Positions 1 through 12,400 of a stretch of 64,000 nt of DNA are shown one piece after another. Both the position numbers and the translations under genes were made by a program. Within the stretch, counting starts at the first letter, position 1. Each line of letters starts with the position of its first letter. The notes beneath the pieces are model-generated. The model worked only from the letters and a program-made list of their open reading frames with translations. It did no database searches and had not been told where the DNA came from. Source of the stretch: Macrostomum hystrix (lineage: Eukaryota; Animalia; Platyhelminthes); the NCBI GenBank assembly GCA_950097015.1, contig CATNEN010000038.1:5828001-5892000 (forward strand). Reading direction: 5' to 3'.

Positions 1-49
1 GAAAAATGTAAATAAGTTATGAAAGTAAATAATCTAGAAGTGCAAGACA

Positions 50-3000
50 CTTGAACCAGAAGACAACGACATGGAATCTGGGCCATAGACAACGATTTAG
101 CCCGTGTTCTGTCGCCATTTTGTTTAACTGCGCCTACAGCTCCGCCCCTGAGAATCAAGGACTACTAGTAGGACAGGACACTCAGTTTCTTGGAAAAAAT
201 TTGAAGGCAGATTTTTACAAAAAAATGCACCAGCATTTTATTGTAAGCAGATCCAATGCGTTTTTTAAAATATATCTTTCAAAACATGTTGCTTCACAGA
301 ATTTTAGAAAGATTCATTCATGAATAATTGATCTTGCCTCTTCTTCTTCTATAGTGGTCTCTGTTGAGAACATGCTTATGTAACTATTGTAGATAATGGC
401 TTAGGTCAAATAGGGAATCATTGCAATTTAAGCAATTCGTTAACAGTGTTTTCTGCAAGTGTAGCGACATACGAGTACCTTATTCCTGTACTGCCTGGCA
501 TAGGAGTAGTCGCTCTTGCGCCAAGCCACATTATTGCTGTTAATTTGTTCCGCACAAGGTGTGCTACCTGTAAAAACGAATGCAAAATTAAAACAAAGTA
601 AAATCAATAACTGTCTGACAACATTTATCTTTAAGGCAAATTTACACACAAAATTAGAAAATACGAGTATACACTCCATTTCAAGCGTCCGAAACCTCAC
701 AAGACGAAAACGATAATCACAAACCTAATGCACTTCTTACCAGGCGGCCGCAACGGCTTCGGGGTGTCCGGTGGAGGACGCATGAACTCGGCGATCTGAC
801 GCGACAACACGGGACTCTGGGCTGCTGTTGGTAGTCGGGCATCAGTGAATTAGGAGAGCGATTATAATGAAACTGGAGATCCAGAGCTTCGTAGAGGAAA
901 TACACACTGGATGTATGGGAGAACACTCACGCAGACTTGATGGGCCCTCTGCTGATACTGCAGACTCAGCAGCCTGCGCAGGAGCCGGCAGAGCCAGCAG
1001 TTCCAGTGTGATTTTAGCTGACTGCGGCAGTGGCAGCACAACTCTGGCACCGCTGGCGGGAAGGTCCGCCAGAGACAGACTTGCGCTGATCGGCGGCTGA
1101 CGCTGAAGGCTGACGGTCAGCTTGTCTGATGTCGGGTTCAGATCGCTGCGTGACATTGGGGGGGCGAAAATGAAGCGCAAATCACAAATAACACGGAGCC
1201 CACAAAAATCCACAGCATTTCTGCATACCAATCGGAATGAGGCCCTCACCCCACCTCCCTCGCCGACCAATCAGCGAAGTGGGCGGCAGCCGATCTTTTT
1301 ACTACAATTCCTATTGGTTAAGTTCATTCGTTCGTGAGCTTCGTGAGTGGGTGTTTTTCCCTTATAAGTCTGTAAATAAACATTCTAAATTCAATAATAC
1401 TTAAAGTAGCTAGTATTTTGTATTCTCAAAACATAATTAAATACTCACAAAACAAAGGGTTCATCCCAGTAGGGATTTGTGATTCCATAAGCCGGCCTGG
1501 TCTGGCAGCTCTGCTTGGGCTCGTCAAGTTCCAGAACTACCACAGTGGCACGGTGGCCGGGCCCGGCTGACTGAGGCACTGACAGCCCAGATGCCCGAAT
1601 GACTTTCACCAGTAGACGGGAAAAAGATTTGTGTCGAAAAGCCATGTGACAGCTTTTATTGGTCAGCTCTGGCAGTGCATTTTGGCTAGCACCGAGTGAT
1701 GAACGGTTCTGATTGGCTGCAAGTGTCACGTCGCATTGATTGGTCAAATTCAGCGCGTCGATACGGCTTGCGGAGTTTGATGATAACAAAGGATCAGTCT
1801 GATTGGTCGAAGGTTTATTTTGCGCGTCAGCAAGCTGCAGTGAACTCTCATTGGCCAGCGAAATATTTTTAATAGGTTCCACGGAGTCTTCAAATTTTGG
1901 ATGCTCGATAGACAGAACGTCGTCTTGGCCTGCACTGACATTACTCTGTAAAACAAATGCTTAATTCACGCAATGTTTTCGAGGCACTTAAAACAAATCA
2001 ACTGTCTTACCTGTTCAGTCTGGCAGATGGTCTCCCGGTAAAATTTAACAACATCTGCACTATTAGCCTGAAGCCCAATTGTATTCGGCGTCCAGACGGA
2101 GGGCAAGGGAAATCGGACGACAGTGGAACCGAGGAGTGCTATTACCCGGTTGACCAGCCAATCAGATTGTCCTATAGATTCCGATTGGTTAGAGTCCGAA
2201 GGCGAATCAATGCGGTGAATCTGAACTGTGCCAAAAACTGGCCGACCAATCAGACGAGCCCAGGCGGTCGATGGCGGGGCCAATCGGAGCTCCAGCTCTG
2301 CCTGGAATGCAGCGGTGTCGTTTGATTTGTAAAAACATTTTACGCGCTCTAATAAAACATGCAGGCTCCTAGACAGACAGCAATCTCACTTCGATGTTGC
2401 AGTTCAGTAGCCGTACCTCAACTTCACTCTGCCAGTGAGTTACGCGCACTTTTAGTCGTACTTCGGGTGCAAAAACTCGAGCATAAATTTGCTAGAATGG
2501 CAAGGATTTGGTACGAGTACTCGTACTATCGAATCAAAGTTGTTCATTGAACTAAACCTAAGTAGAACATGTACCTACCAACTCCTTGCCGACCCCGGCA
2601 CAGATCTTTGCCGTGACAGACTTCACTGAAGGCATCGAATCTCCGAAGGAAATATCTAGAAAGACGATAGCCTGAAGATTTTGGTAGGTTTTAGTTTATA
2701 TTCACTCGCGTAATCAGCTAAGTTAAGTGGGTGAGGGTGAGTGGCAGAGCGGTTAATGCGTCTGCCTCTCGCACAAACACAAAGGTCCCTGAGCTCGATT
2801 CCGCCGCGAGGCCTCATTAAATTGGGGCGCAGCCGCGGATAGAAGGCTTGGGCCAACCTAGAAGACACTGGGTACACTGCCTGACGATGAGAAAGTCAGC
2901 GCAGATGTACACACCTGTGTGAGTGTGTGCCTGCGAATGGTCTCTGTGCACGTGTGTGCTCAGAAGACAGTGGAATGGGCAGAATTGCCTCCTCGCTGGC

Positions 3001-3525
3001 TGCAGGTCTAGTGTCACCAAATGATGTACCATTGCCTGCAGCCATTAATGCAAGCATTATTATTAATGAGCTAAGTTAAAAGCATAAATACTGCAATGAA
3101 ACAGACTTCAAAACGAAACACCTCGTGCTTCTTAAAGTACAGCATTTAATTTGAAGTCTAAACTAGCTGCTGTGGCTACTCACAGTGCCACTGGCTGTCT
3201 CGTTGACTGCAGACAGTAAAATCCCTCTGGCCTGAAGTACATTGCACCCGCCCAAGCCTGCCTGTGATTGGCTGTTGTGGCAAAGCCAGCTGAAAAAGCA
3301 GCTAAGCCAGCCGCATGTGTCAGGGCTATTGTGCAGGTCTGGCGCCAGAAAGCCTGGATGCTGCGCCAGAGGTGACCACAGCTGGCGCGACTCCGTGCCC
3401 TTCGGGTAGAGCAGCTCATAGATGAAGTGAGCACATATTGACACAACTAATCCTAGCAGACAGAACCCAATGAACACAATGTCTAGAATGTCCAGCTTAC
3501 TGATGCATAGATTCAGAAGGTGCAT
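50..3525 (-). CDS. C2CD2/C2CD2L (TMEM24)-like protein: N-terminal TM anchor, SMP-like region, C2 domain; 3' exons uncertain
   Basis: Phase-consistent GT-AG exons: 3525-3184, 2671-2579, 2491-2390, 2301-2011, 1945-1449, 1145-931, then tentatively 886-741, 567-479 and 147 onward. Hydrophobic N-terminus (IVFIGFCLLGLVVSICAHFI), WLSCFFSWL, and C2 motif RLLVKVIRASGL...VVLELDEPKQ...NPYWDEPFVF|DLNPTSDKLTV resemble the TMEM24/CG10737 family. Confidence 0.62.
2735..3065 (+). mobile_element. tRNA-derived SINE family A, near full-length copy (intron 1 of the C2 gene)
   Basis: A-box-like GTGGCAGAGCGGTTAATGCG, B-box-like GCTCGATTCC, body shared with seven other copies in the window, (ATT)n tail. Confidence 0.85.
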
Positions 3526-5068
3526 TTGAATTATAAACTGAAAAAAACAGAGCCCAGAAATTACACTTTTGAAAACATCATGAGCCAGTTAGAAAATATT
3601 TACTAAAACTACAAAAACAGCTGACAAGCTTAAAGTGTATTGCCTTTGTACTAAAAACTGATGATAAACAATTAAATGAAAAACAAAACTGAAAAAAATT
3701 GAGAAAAAGTGGAGAACTAGAGCTTTAAGCAACAACTTAATACTCTCAAGTTGCTTAGGAGCCTGTTAAAGAGAAATTAAAGAGCTAACATAATAGTGAT
3801 ACAGGGCCAATAGAAAACATATTGGCTAGGTTTCCATATAGCTATTAGTGAATGCAATAATTTTAAATATATCAACAGTCTTTTAGGGCAATTATTATTT
3901 TCTTAGATTCTCTACACTGGTAAATAGTTTTAATTACTTTTGAACATACATACTACAAAAATGTAAAACGAAAGATGTCACTTGTGTTTTAGATTGATTT
4001 ACGTCCAAAGTTTTGAAATAAATATCTGAGAAGAAATTGATTAGAAATTTGAATACCAAGGTTGTATTTAATGCATTAACCATCATGCACTAGGTAACTT
4101 TACCTGATAAATGAAATTAATGAAGTATTAAAACATCTGGATACTATTATTACTGTAAGTACGATTTAATTTAGTTGTAACACCACTTTTAGATTTTTAT
4201 GCATGACGTATAAAAAACAGTTTGATATTGTTAACTGTTCTTGTAAAAATTATTATCACATTGAAAGGAAGCTAGAAAAATATTAACTGTTATAAAAGCA
4301 TAACATTGCTTTTCAAACAATTTACTACTTTCAAATTAAACTTTTACTAATTATATTAAAATAAGAACACACACGAATATTGTAAACTGAAAAATGAAAC
4401 GAAAAATCTTAGACCTCAGCCAGCCAACTGCAGTAACACATTTAACGTATGCATGCGTGAGTCGTAGAAAAAAAGACGTTAAATAATTTGCACACTATAA
4501 ATACCACGCCTATTTTACATATTTATATACCATACGATTTTTTTAAAACATTTAAGAATAAAATTATGGTGTATTTGCATAACAATTAAAACGATAAATT
4601 GAACTCTAGTTGCTTAAAGAAAAATATTTGTTTTAAAGCAAGCGGTAACTACTGTTAAACAATGATTATAATTTTTTATTTAAACTAGTCGCATGATCTG
4701 TCGACGAACATTTCGATTTGTCTTTATGAAGATAATTGCAAGGAAAAACCTTTGCATCAAAGGTGGTGAGTCAATCACAACTGACGTATTTACATTTTTT
4801 ACGTTTTGCCCTTTCGTTTGCTTTTACATCTTAAAATTTACACTCCTTTCTTTTGGTGAGTGTCGTACAACAAAAACATCTTCGAGGTGCATATCGCATT
4901 TCGAATAAACCAATTTAATTTACGTTGCTAATTTTTAGTCAGTCGGATGGAGTGCATAAATTACACTTTTTACATTCAATTTATTACAATAAAAATAATA
5001 AAATTTGCAAAATTGGCAAGGAAACAAACGATTTTTTACGATAAGAAGTTTAGAATTAGAGTATATTA

Positions 5069-6446
5069 CGAGGGGCGTCCAAAAAGTTGTGGGAATTTTC
5101 AACGTAGCTCATAATCGGATTCAGACACATTAAATTCCTATACGTTTTATGAAAGCGGATTTATGTATCTCTGTAATACTTTTTTTGCTATTATCTTCTG
5201 GCATTCAAAAGTTATGAACAATTTAGTGCAGTTCCCCTGTACAACTTACAGAAACTTTAACAAGTATAGTAATTAAGACGAAACATAACAACAAACTGTC
5301 AGTCGTAATCCCATTGAAGTTCATCTTAACGTCAACTCAAATGTCCTTTTCGTCAGGGATGGAGACCTTCTCCACGTAGTCGCCTTTGCAGCTGATGCAC
5401 TTCTCCCAGCGAGTGCGCAACGAATCAGTTGCATGAGCGTATTGCTGCTTGGGAATCGCAAAAACAAGGATGCGCCGAACCTCTTCTTCAACCCAGTGAC
5501 TATTCGCGTAGACTTTGCCTCGAAGCAGCTCCTTCAGTCTCGGAAAAAGACAAAAGTCTGCTGGCGCCAAGTCAGGGGAGTAGGGTGAGGCAGGAGTTCA
5601 AACTTCATACCCTGAATTGCCTCCACTGACTTTGAAGACGTGTGCGGTCGGGCATTGTCGTGGTGTAGAACTGAGGGCTTGATTCCAGTGCGCCATTTAT
5701 TGTGGATGTCAGCCTTGAGTTTCTTTAGAGACAGGATGTAGCGCTCCGCGTTGACAGTTGTGTTTGGCTCTAGGCAATCGATTGTCAAGGGGCCGCGACA
5801 ATCGAAAAAGCAGCAACATCAGCTTCTGGCAATGAGCCTCTCGACGAGCCTTGATTGGAGGATCAGAGCCCTTTATTGCCCAGACTTTTGACTCTTCTTT
5901 TGTGGGGGGGTCGAAGTGAGGCAGCCAGGTTTCATCACCCGTGACAATGAGCTGTCGAAAGACCTCCCATCCACCTCGATCTTCAACAAGCCTGAAGTTG
6001 CTGTTGCATGTGTTTTGTCGCTGTGCTTTCATCTCCGGGGTGAGAAGCCTGGGAACCCACCTGGCACTGAGCTTAACGAAATTCATGCTGCGGATGCAAT
6101 GATGAACTGTGCCTGTGGACAGGCGTATCCAGTCGGTCAGCAATTTCCCTAATGGTATGGCGAGCATCTTCTTCAAGTAGATCCAAAATGCGATCGTTAA
6201 GAGTCTTAATTAGCCGTTTATTATACTATATCATTGAAAGCCTTCAAAATGTCATATTCTGTAAGTCGTATCCTGGGGAACTGTACAAAATGAGTAACAT
6301 TTGAATGACAGAAGACATTGGCAAAATAAAAAATTATTTTGCATAGATCGATAAATCCGCTTTCAAGAAAAGTTAACGAAATTAATGTATCTGAATCCAA
6401 CTATGAGCTACGTTGAAAATTCCCACTACTTTTTGGACACTCCTCG
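5069..6446 (-). mobile_element. Decayed mariner (DD34D-type) transposon with long imperfect TIRs
   Basis: TA flanks at 5067-68 and 6447-48. TIR CGAGGGGCGTCCAAAAAGT... matches the other end for about 185 bp. Frameshifted transposase (about 5337-6176) retains WVPRLL, VTGDETW, HHDNARPH and (Y)SPDLAPADF; the N-terminal HTH is largely missing. Confidence 0.93.
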
Positions 6447-6597
6447 TACTATATAGCGTATATATAACTGTTAGGGATATAAAATACATTAAATGTTTAA
6501 AGCAAACGATAATAAAATGCTGAAAAAATAATTTAAATTTGATACACTGAATGATTTACAAATTCATTAACCCCTTGACAGTGGGATTCAATAAAAA

Positions 6598-7877
6598 ATG
6601 CCTGACGACTGTTGTCAGCTGCTAAAGTCGATAGCGCTGCCCATCATCGGCTTCCTGCTGGTGCAGAAGCTGATTATCCCGCTGGGTCGCATCTTCCTCA
6701 ATCACTTGGTGCTGACCAAAAGTCGTAGCTTGCGGCCGCAACTCCGCAAGTTCGGCAGCTGGGCAGTGGTCACCGGTGCCACCGATGGAATCGGCAAGGC
6801 TTACGCCCAGCTGCTGGCTCGCGATGGTCTGAACATTGCTCTGGTGTCCCGATCGCCAGAGAAGCTGCGCGACGTTGCCTCAGAGATCGAGGCGGCCCAT
6901 CGGGTGCGCACAAAGACCATCGCTGTCGACTTCAGCCAGCTGGATATTTACGAGAAACTGGAGGCTGAGCTGGCCGATCTCGACATCTCCTGCCTGGTGA
7001 ACAATGTCGGCGTCGGCTACCCACACCCCAACTATTTTGTTGGGCCGCAGTCGTTTGACGTGAAAATCTTTGATACCATGATTCACACCAACTGCAACAG
7101 TATGGTAAATTTGGCCGCTTCACTAAAGGGGCGTTTATGTGTTATTGACGGGAAAGATGAGACAGATCGAGGAGATGAGACTCCGGAGTGATGAGACACG
7201 GGAGAGATGAGACTCGGGAGAGATGAGAAACGGGAGAGATTAGACTCGGGAGAGGTGAGATAAGGGAGAAATAAGACAGGGGAAAGATACTGTAGGAAGG
7301 GCTCACGGGCCGGATTTGGGAGCTTTGAGGGCCACATATGGCTCGACCCTGATTTGGAGCGATCATGTTCATACTCCGTGCACTGCAGGTTCGCATGACC
7401 AACCTGCTTCTGCCGAGACTTGTCCGCACAGGCGGTGCCGTCATCAACGTGACGTCCTCGTCCGGCCTGCAGCCAACGCCATTCCTGTCAGTGTACTCTG
7501 CCACCAAAGCCTTCGCCATCACCTTCTCTCAATCAGTAGCTGCTGAAGCTGCCGAAATGGCTGCTAAAGGTATCGCTGGCGCCAGCAGGCGCTCCCATGT
7601 TACCGTGCAGACGGTCGTTCCGTTCTTCGTCGCCACGAAGCTCTCGCGCATCCGATCGGCCACCTTTACGGCGCCGTCGCCCACCGACTATGCCAACCAG
7701 GCGCTGAACCTGCTTGGCGTGGAGGACTTCACCGTCGGCTGCTTGTCGCACGCGTTGCAGTACCTGGTGCTGACCAGCCTACCTACCTGCGTGGCTAACT
7801 ACGCCCTGGCCAACGTGATGCGCTCGAAAATGAAGGCGGCGTTTAAGAAGGCGGCGGCCTCTGCAAAGGAGAAATAA
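6598..7877 (+). CDS. HSD17B12: Very-long-chain 3-oxoacyl-CoA reductase / 17-beta-HSD12-like short-chain dehydrogenase, 331 aa
   Basis: Exons 6598-7104 and 7389-7877 (phase 0, GT...CAG). N-terminal TM, WAVVTGATDGIGKAYA cofactor motif, LVNNVG, and YSATK catalytic motif. Confidence 0.9.
7149..7290. repeat. Degenerate 16-bp purine-rich tandem repeat (CGGGAGAGATGAGACT), about 9 units, in the SDR intron
   Basis: Read directly from the sequence. Confidence 0.75.
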
Positions 7878-9914
7878 CCAAATCAAGGTGGAAACGTGCA
7901 GAGCAGTGGCGTGCTTTTTGGGCATAATAAATTATGAAATAATTATTTAATGATCAAATAGAATTAGCTTTGTGTGACGATTTTTAATTAGCCTAGTTTT
8001 TAACCAGCTTTAATGCAAAATTGATCCTCAAAGACTTCGTGAGTTTAGTTAACCACAGCTGTAGATCAATTTCACCTGTCTGATTCTGTCTGGTTCGGAA
8101 CCGCGTGGTACTTGGGTCGAAGTCCACCCAGCAAGTAAAGATCGCCAGATCGAAGCCTCACAAGCAAATTTTGCGAATCCTAAAGCCCATTGCTCTTAGC
8201 TGTGATATCTTATCTGAATGGTCGTTGCAGCGACCTGCCATGCATGTTAGACGCACTTGCTTGACCTTAGAGATGAGCTTAGCAACAACACCAGCATGTA
8301 ATCTTGATTTCAACTGTATCCTTCGAGCTAGTGTATACGGCTGAATAAAGTTGCATTTCAATCTCAAATGCAAATGTGTTTTTGTTGGAGAAACATAGTA
8401 AACAGTAAGTATAGTGATCAACACCGTCTATAGTTACCGAAACTCAAATTTCACTGTGTTTTAGAGATTAAATTAGACCAAAAGGAATTTATAAAATGAC
8501 ATCTGACAAGGTGATTCATGAAATCATATAACAGAAAGACCATGCATTGTGTGTGATGGAGCTACGAGATAAGTTTTCAGGTGAAGGGAATCTCTAGGAT
8601 ACTCTAAGAAGGGTTTAGAATTACGAGTATACTCGACCAGTACAGGTGGGTCCTACAGAAACTTGACGGCCTCTGCAGAGGCAACTCAAGCTAGATTAAG
8701 TTAAAGTTCGAGATAAATGACTCATCGGCCTTATAAAGTACCCTAGCTGTGAATAATATCAAACGTAAAGACTATTGAGATTCTAATATTTTAACCGAGA
8801 CGTTTGAGCAGAGTAGCCAACTCGATAAGGATTTTAAGCATTCACTGACTTATTGGTGTCACAATAGCCTACTGCCGGGTGACCCGGCCCGGGTCTTCAG
8901 CATCAAGCATCGAATATCGAAGCATCAAGCAACCGAACAACTTTAAACTGACAGGCGAGGCACTACAAATCCCTGTAGTGTAACAAAAATTCTCGACACC
9001 AGCAGATACTAGGGGACTATCCAGGGGGGTATTTCAAAAACTACCCATACAGGTATGATTTTTCGGCTCACCCGATCAGCATCTCGCATCAGCATCAGCT
9101 GCTTTTGTTGAAGGCTCTAACGGTCGCCGCCGATGCTCCAGATGGCGATAAAGGGGACCCTGGTGCCTGGGATGCTGAGAAAAAAGGTCCCTATGACAGA
9201 TGAACTCATATTATTGAACCACAATGGATTTGCCATGGAGGTTTATGCAGAGCCATTTATCACAAATGTCTTTGTCACCAGGGTCTTCGTCAAGAATTGC
9301 TGAATATTTCGACGATGATGACGTCAAACTCAAGTTAGTTAATCGAAAATGGCGGAAAATGGTATTAACATGGTGGACTAGTTCACGAAATTCGGTCATT
9401 CGGTTTGGGAGCTATCGTGAAGTAGCAGTGGGTATTTGAAATGCCCCGTTGTCCTAAGAAGAAAAATAGCGTGGCGAAAACCAGGTGTCAGTACTCAATA
9501 AATATTCTAGGTTGCAATACTGAGAGTCAAGCGAAATCTCAGTATTGCGGAGCCGATTACAAAGCAACGTTGATGCATACAATCCTGTCGATGGTTCCTT
9601 AAGCAATTGACAATGTCAAAGTATGTGGTCTTGTCCAAACAGATGATCCATGGCAAATTTTTCAGGCACAATAAGAGCTGTATAAAGTGCACTTGCAACA
9701 TGAGATGGACATGTAAACTAGGTTAATGGGGAAAAGTTTGCAAGAAAAGGTGATTCGAAGGCTATTGCTGAACGGTAAAAGCTAATGGCTTTTTATTGAC
9801 ACAATGATCAATAGCATGCATGCTATTGCATCAAACAATAGCAAAAGTGAGTATTTGAAGCCTTAAGTTTGCAGCATTCAAGCTAACACAAGGCCAGTTG
9901 CTAGACCGATCAGG

Positions 9915-10625
9915 ATGCAACTCAGCGCTCTCATTGTCGCATGCCTGTGCTGGCCCCCCACAATGCTCGCATCTAACTGCAAGCCGCCAATGACACTGAC
10001 ACCCATCGGCAGCTACTGCGCCTACTGGAATGAGAGCGACAACTCGTTCAGCTGGTGCGAGGCTGCCGAGGCCTGCTTGAGAATAGGCGGCCAGTTGGCC
10101 ATCGACCCGAAGCTGTTGCGTGAGGTTCGCGGCCTGCTGACCAAGGGTCTGTGGATTGGTGCCACGGACCTGCTGGTTGAAAGAGGCACCAGCAGGACTG
10201 GCTGGCTGCTGACAGACGGCAGCGAGCTGCAGACCGAAATCTCCGACTGGGTAGCGAACGGGCCAAGCAGCTCGATGCAGTCCGACGACTTCGTTGCTCT
10301 GAAGAGCACAGGACTGGTGGACAATAGCTTTGACAAGCAGAAACCGTTCCTCTGCCAGCCGCTGGTGACACCCAACAGCAGCTGGTTCAGGCGGACTGAC
10401 TTCCTGCGACTCGGCAACATCAGCCCCGAATACTGCTTCACTGACGTCGTCGATGTGCAGCTCGAGTTCGACTGCGCGCTCCGCTGCGCCGACAGGTGGC
10501 AGTGCAGAGCCGCCATCTACAACAAGGCCAGCGGCAGGTGCAGGATGCTGGACTTCACCGACGCCAGCGTTGGAGACGCCATCGAGACGGACCCGAACTG
10601 GACCAAGTTGGTCAAGGTCTACTAG
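9915..10625 (+). CDS. Secreted C-type lectin-like domain + PAN/Apple domain protein, single exon, 236 aa
   Basis: Signal peptide MQLSALIVACLCWPPTMLA. CTLD pattern SWCEAAEAC...GGQLA...LWIGATD...W..TDGS...PFLCQ. C-terminal PAN pattern DCALRC...QCRAAIYNKASGRCRM. AATAAA near 10707. Confidence 0.85.
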   Translation: MQLSALIVACLCWPPTMLASNCKPPMTLTPIGSYCAYWNESDNSFSWCEAAEACLRIGGQLAIDPKLLREVRGLLTKGLWIGATDLLVERGTSRTGWLLTDGSELQTEISDWVANGPSSSMQSDDFVALKSTGLVDNSFDKQKPFLCQPLVTPNSSWFRRTDFLRLGNISPEYCFTDVVDVQLEFDCALRCADRWQCRAAIYNKASGRCRMLDFTDASVGDAIETDPNWTKLVKVY

Positions 10626-11074
10626 ACTCAAAACAATGAGATGATCAAGAAGGCTTTCTGGGAAATTTATTGCTTCTGCGACACAATTCGACTGACAAAC
10701 TGACAAAATAAAACAAACGACAATAACAAAACCAATAGACTTGATCGAATATGCGGAGGCCACATTGCAGGATCAATACAAATAGAATATTCGCAGCACG
10801 AGACTTTCAATTTATTATGAATTAAAACATGTTCGTCTGTATCTACAGGTTGATTTTTACGAGTACTTGCACTGCATTTATAAAGTACTTTGAGCCGTCA
10901 GAGCTAACAGTTTGCACTCCATTACTTTACGGTAACCATAATTGAATTGAAACCTGGTTACTAATGTAACAAGACGATCAGAATAATATTCTAGGACTGA
11001 AATTTATTACCAGACACAATAGCTTAGAGCTTATAGAAACGCTACAGTCTACTAAATGCAGGGATTTTAAACTG

Positions 11075-12400
11075 TCAGCGGAGACCGCCGCTCTCCCCGT
11101 CGCTAGGGACCAGCTCGGCGACGGAAGCGCCGCCAGGCGGACCAGTGAGATAGCCGGCGGCTGCTGTGGCGTCAGTGGCGTGCAGCTGGAGACGGAGGGA
11201 CTCGATGCGCAGGTAGGCATCGCTGAGCTGGCCCTGCATGATGAGGATGGTGGACTGCAGCGACTCAGTCTCGTCGTCAATTTCGCCGAGTAGATGTTCC
11301 TGCTCTGCAATTGCGGAATAGGGTTCAAGCAAATTAGACCTTGGAATGCAATGAGTGACTGGCTCTGTACACCAGTCACCAGAGCAGCCAATACAGTACA
11401 GTACAAGCACTGGCTCTGTACACCAGTCACCAGACTAGCCAATACAGTACAGCACAAGCACTGGCTCTGTACACCAGTCACCAGAGCAGCCAATACAGTA
11501 CAGTAAAAGCACTGGATCTGTACACCAGTCACCAGAGCAGCCAATACAGTACAGCACAAGCACTCACCCGAATGAGTTTTCCTCATCTCAGCCAGCAGGG
11601 TTTTCTCCAGCGCAATCTCGCTCTCCATCTTGGCCACAGCGGCAGAAGACATGCCGTGGCTGAGTTCACTGTTCTCCTGGTGCAGCTGCCTGATGCGGGC
11701 CATCAGCCGCTTGCCAGTCTGGCTGTCTGGGGTGAACTTCCAGGCCGACAAGTCGTTTTGCGTCTGTTCCAGGCGATCTCGACAGTCGGCTAGCTCTTTG
11801 CGCATGCGCTGGTAAAGTACATTCACGGCCGGATCGAGCATCATGGCCTTCAGCTGCGCTGAGGCGGTACTTGCCGATTGGGCACGCAGCTGCTCCAGCT
11901 GTTGCTGATAAATAGTTGCAGAATTAATTATATTGTTGGAATTTCTGAATTGATGTGACACAATAATAAAAGTTATAATAGTTACAAGAGGGCTTCCAGC
12001 AATGGTACTAGGCCTGCAGCCAGCGAGGAGACAATTCTGCCCATTTCACTGACTCCTGAGCACACACAGTGTACATCTGCCCTGACTTTCTAATCATCAG
12101 GCAGTGTACAATTTCACTGTACATTGAAACTAGGTTGGCCCCCCAAGGGCGTAAATTAGAAAACAAGCCCCCAAGCCTTCTCAATGCGGCTGCAAATTAA
12201 ATGAATGTGACCTTGTCACTAAATGGAGCTCAGGGACATTGGTGCAAGAAGGCCACTTTCTTTCAACTTACAAGGCACTGAGTTAGCTCGCGATCCTTCA
12301 TAGTCAGCCTCTGCATCAGAATCTGTTCTCGTTTCTTGCTTTCAATCAGAGCCTCCTTCAACAGCTCCTTGCTATTGGCTGTCTCTGTGTCAGTTGCCAT
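11075..12400 (-). CDS. WTAP: WTAP / female-lethal(2)d, regulatory subunit of the m6A methyltransferase complex
   Basis: Exons 12400-12272, 11904-11568 and 11304-11075 are phase-consistent. Motifs KKREQILMQRLTMKDRE, LDPAVN, TQNDLSAWKFTPDSQTGKRLMA and IDDETESLQSTILIMQ. An acceptor just upstream of the ATG implies a further 5' exon. Confidence 0.93.
11357..11564. repeat. 51-bp minisatellite, 4 copies, in WTAP intron
   Basis: Unit CACTGGCTCTGTACACCAGTCACCAGAGCAGCCAATACAGTACAGTACAAG; the array abuts the donor site. Confidence 0.92.
11960..12252 (-). mobile_element. SINE family A copy filling most of a WTAP intron
   Basis: Reverse complement of the SINE body (CATCAGGCAGTGTACA..., GCAGCCAGCGAGGAGACAATTCTGCCCATTTC). 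Confidence 0.8.

Noticed and set aside
8105-9701. Short ORFs, including a UBA-like QLRAMGF
   Set aside because: Single short motif, stop soon after, and no coherent exon structure.
9831-10763. 310-aa antisense ORF
   Set aside because: Shadow ORF of the GC3-rich lectin gene, with a GTG start and no motifs.
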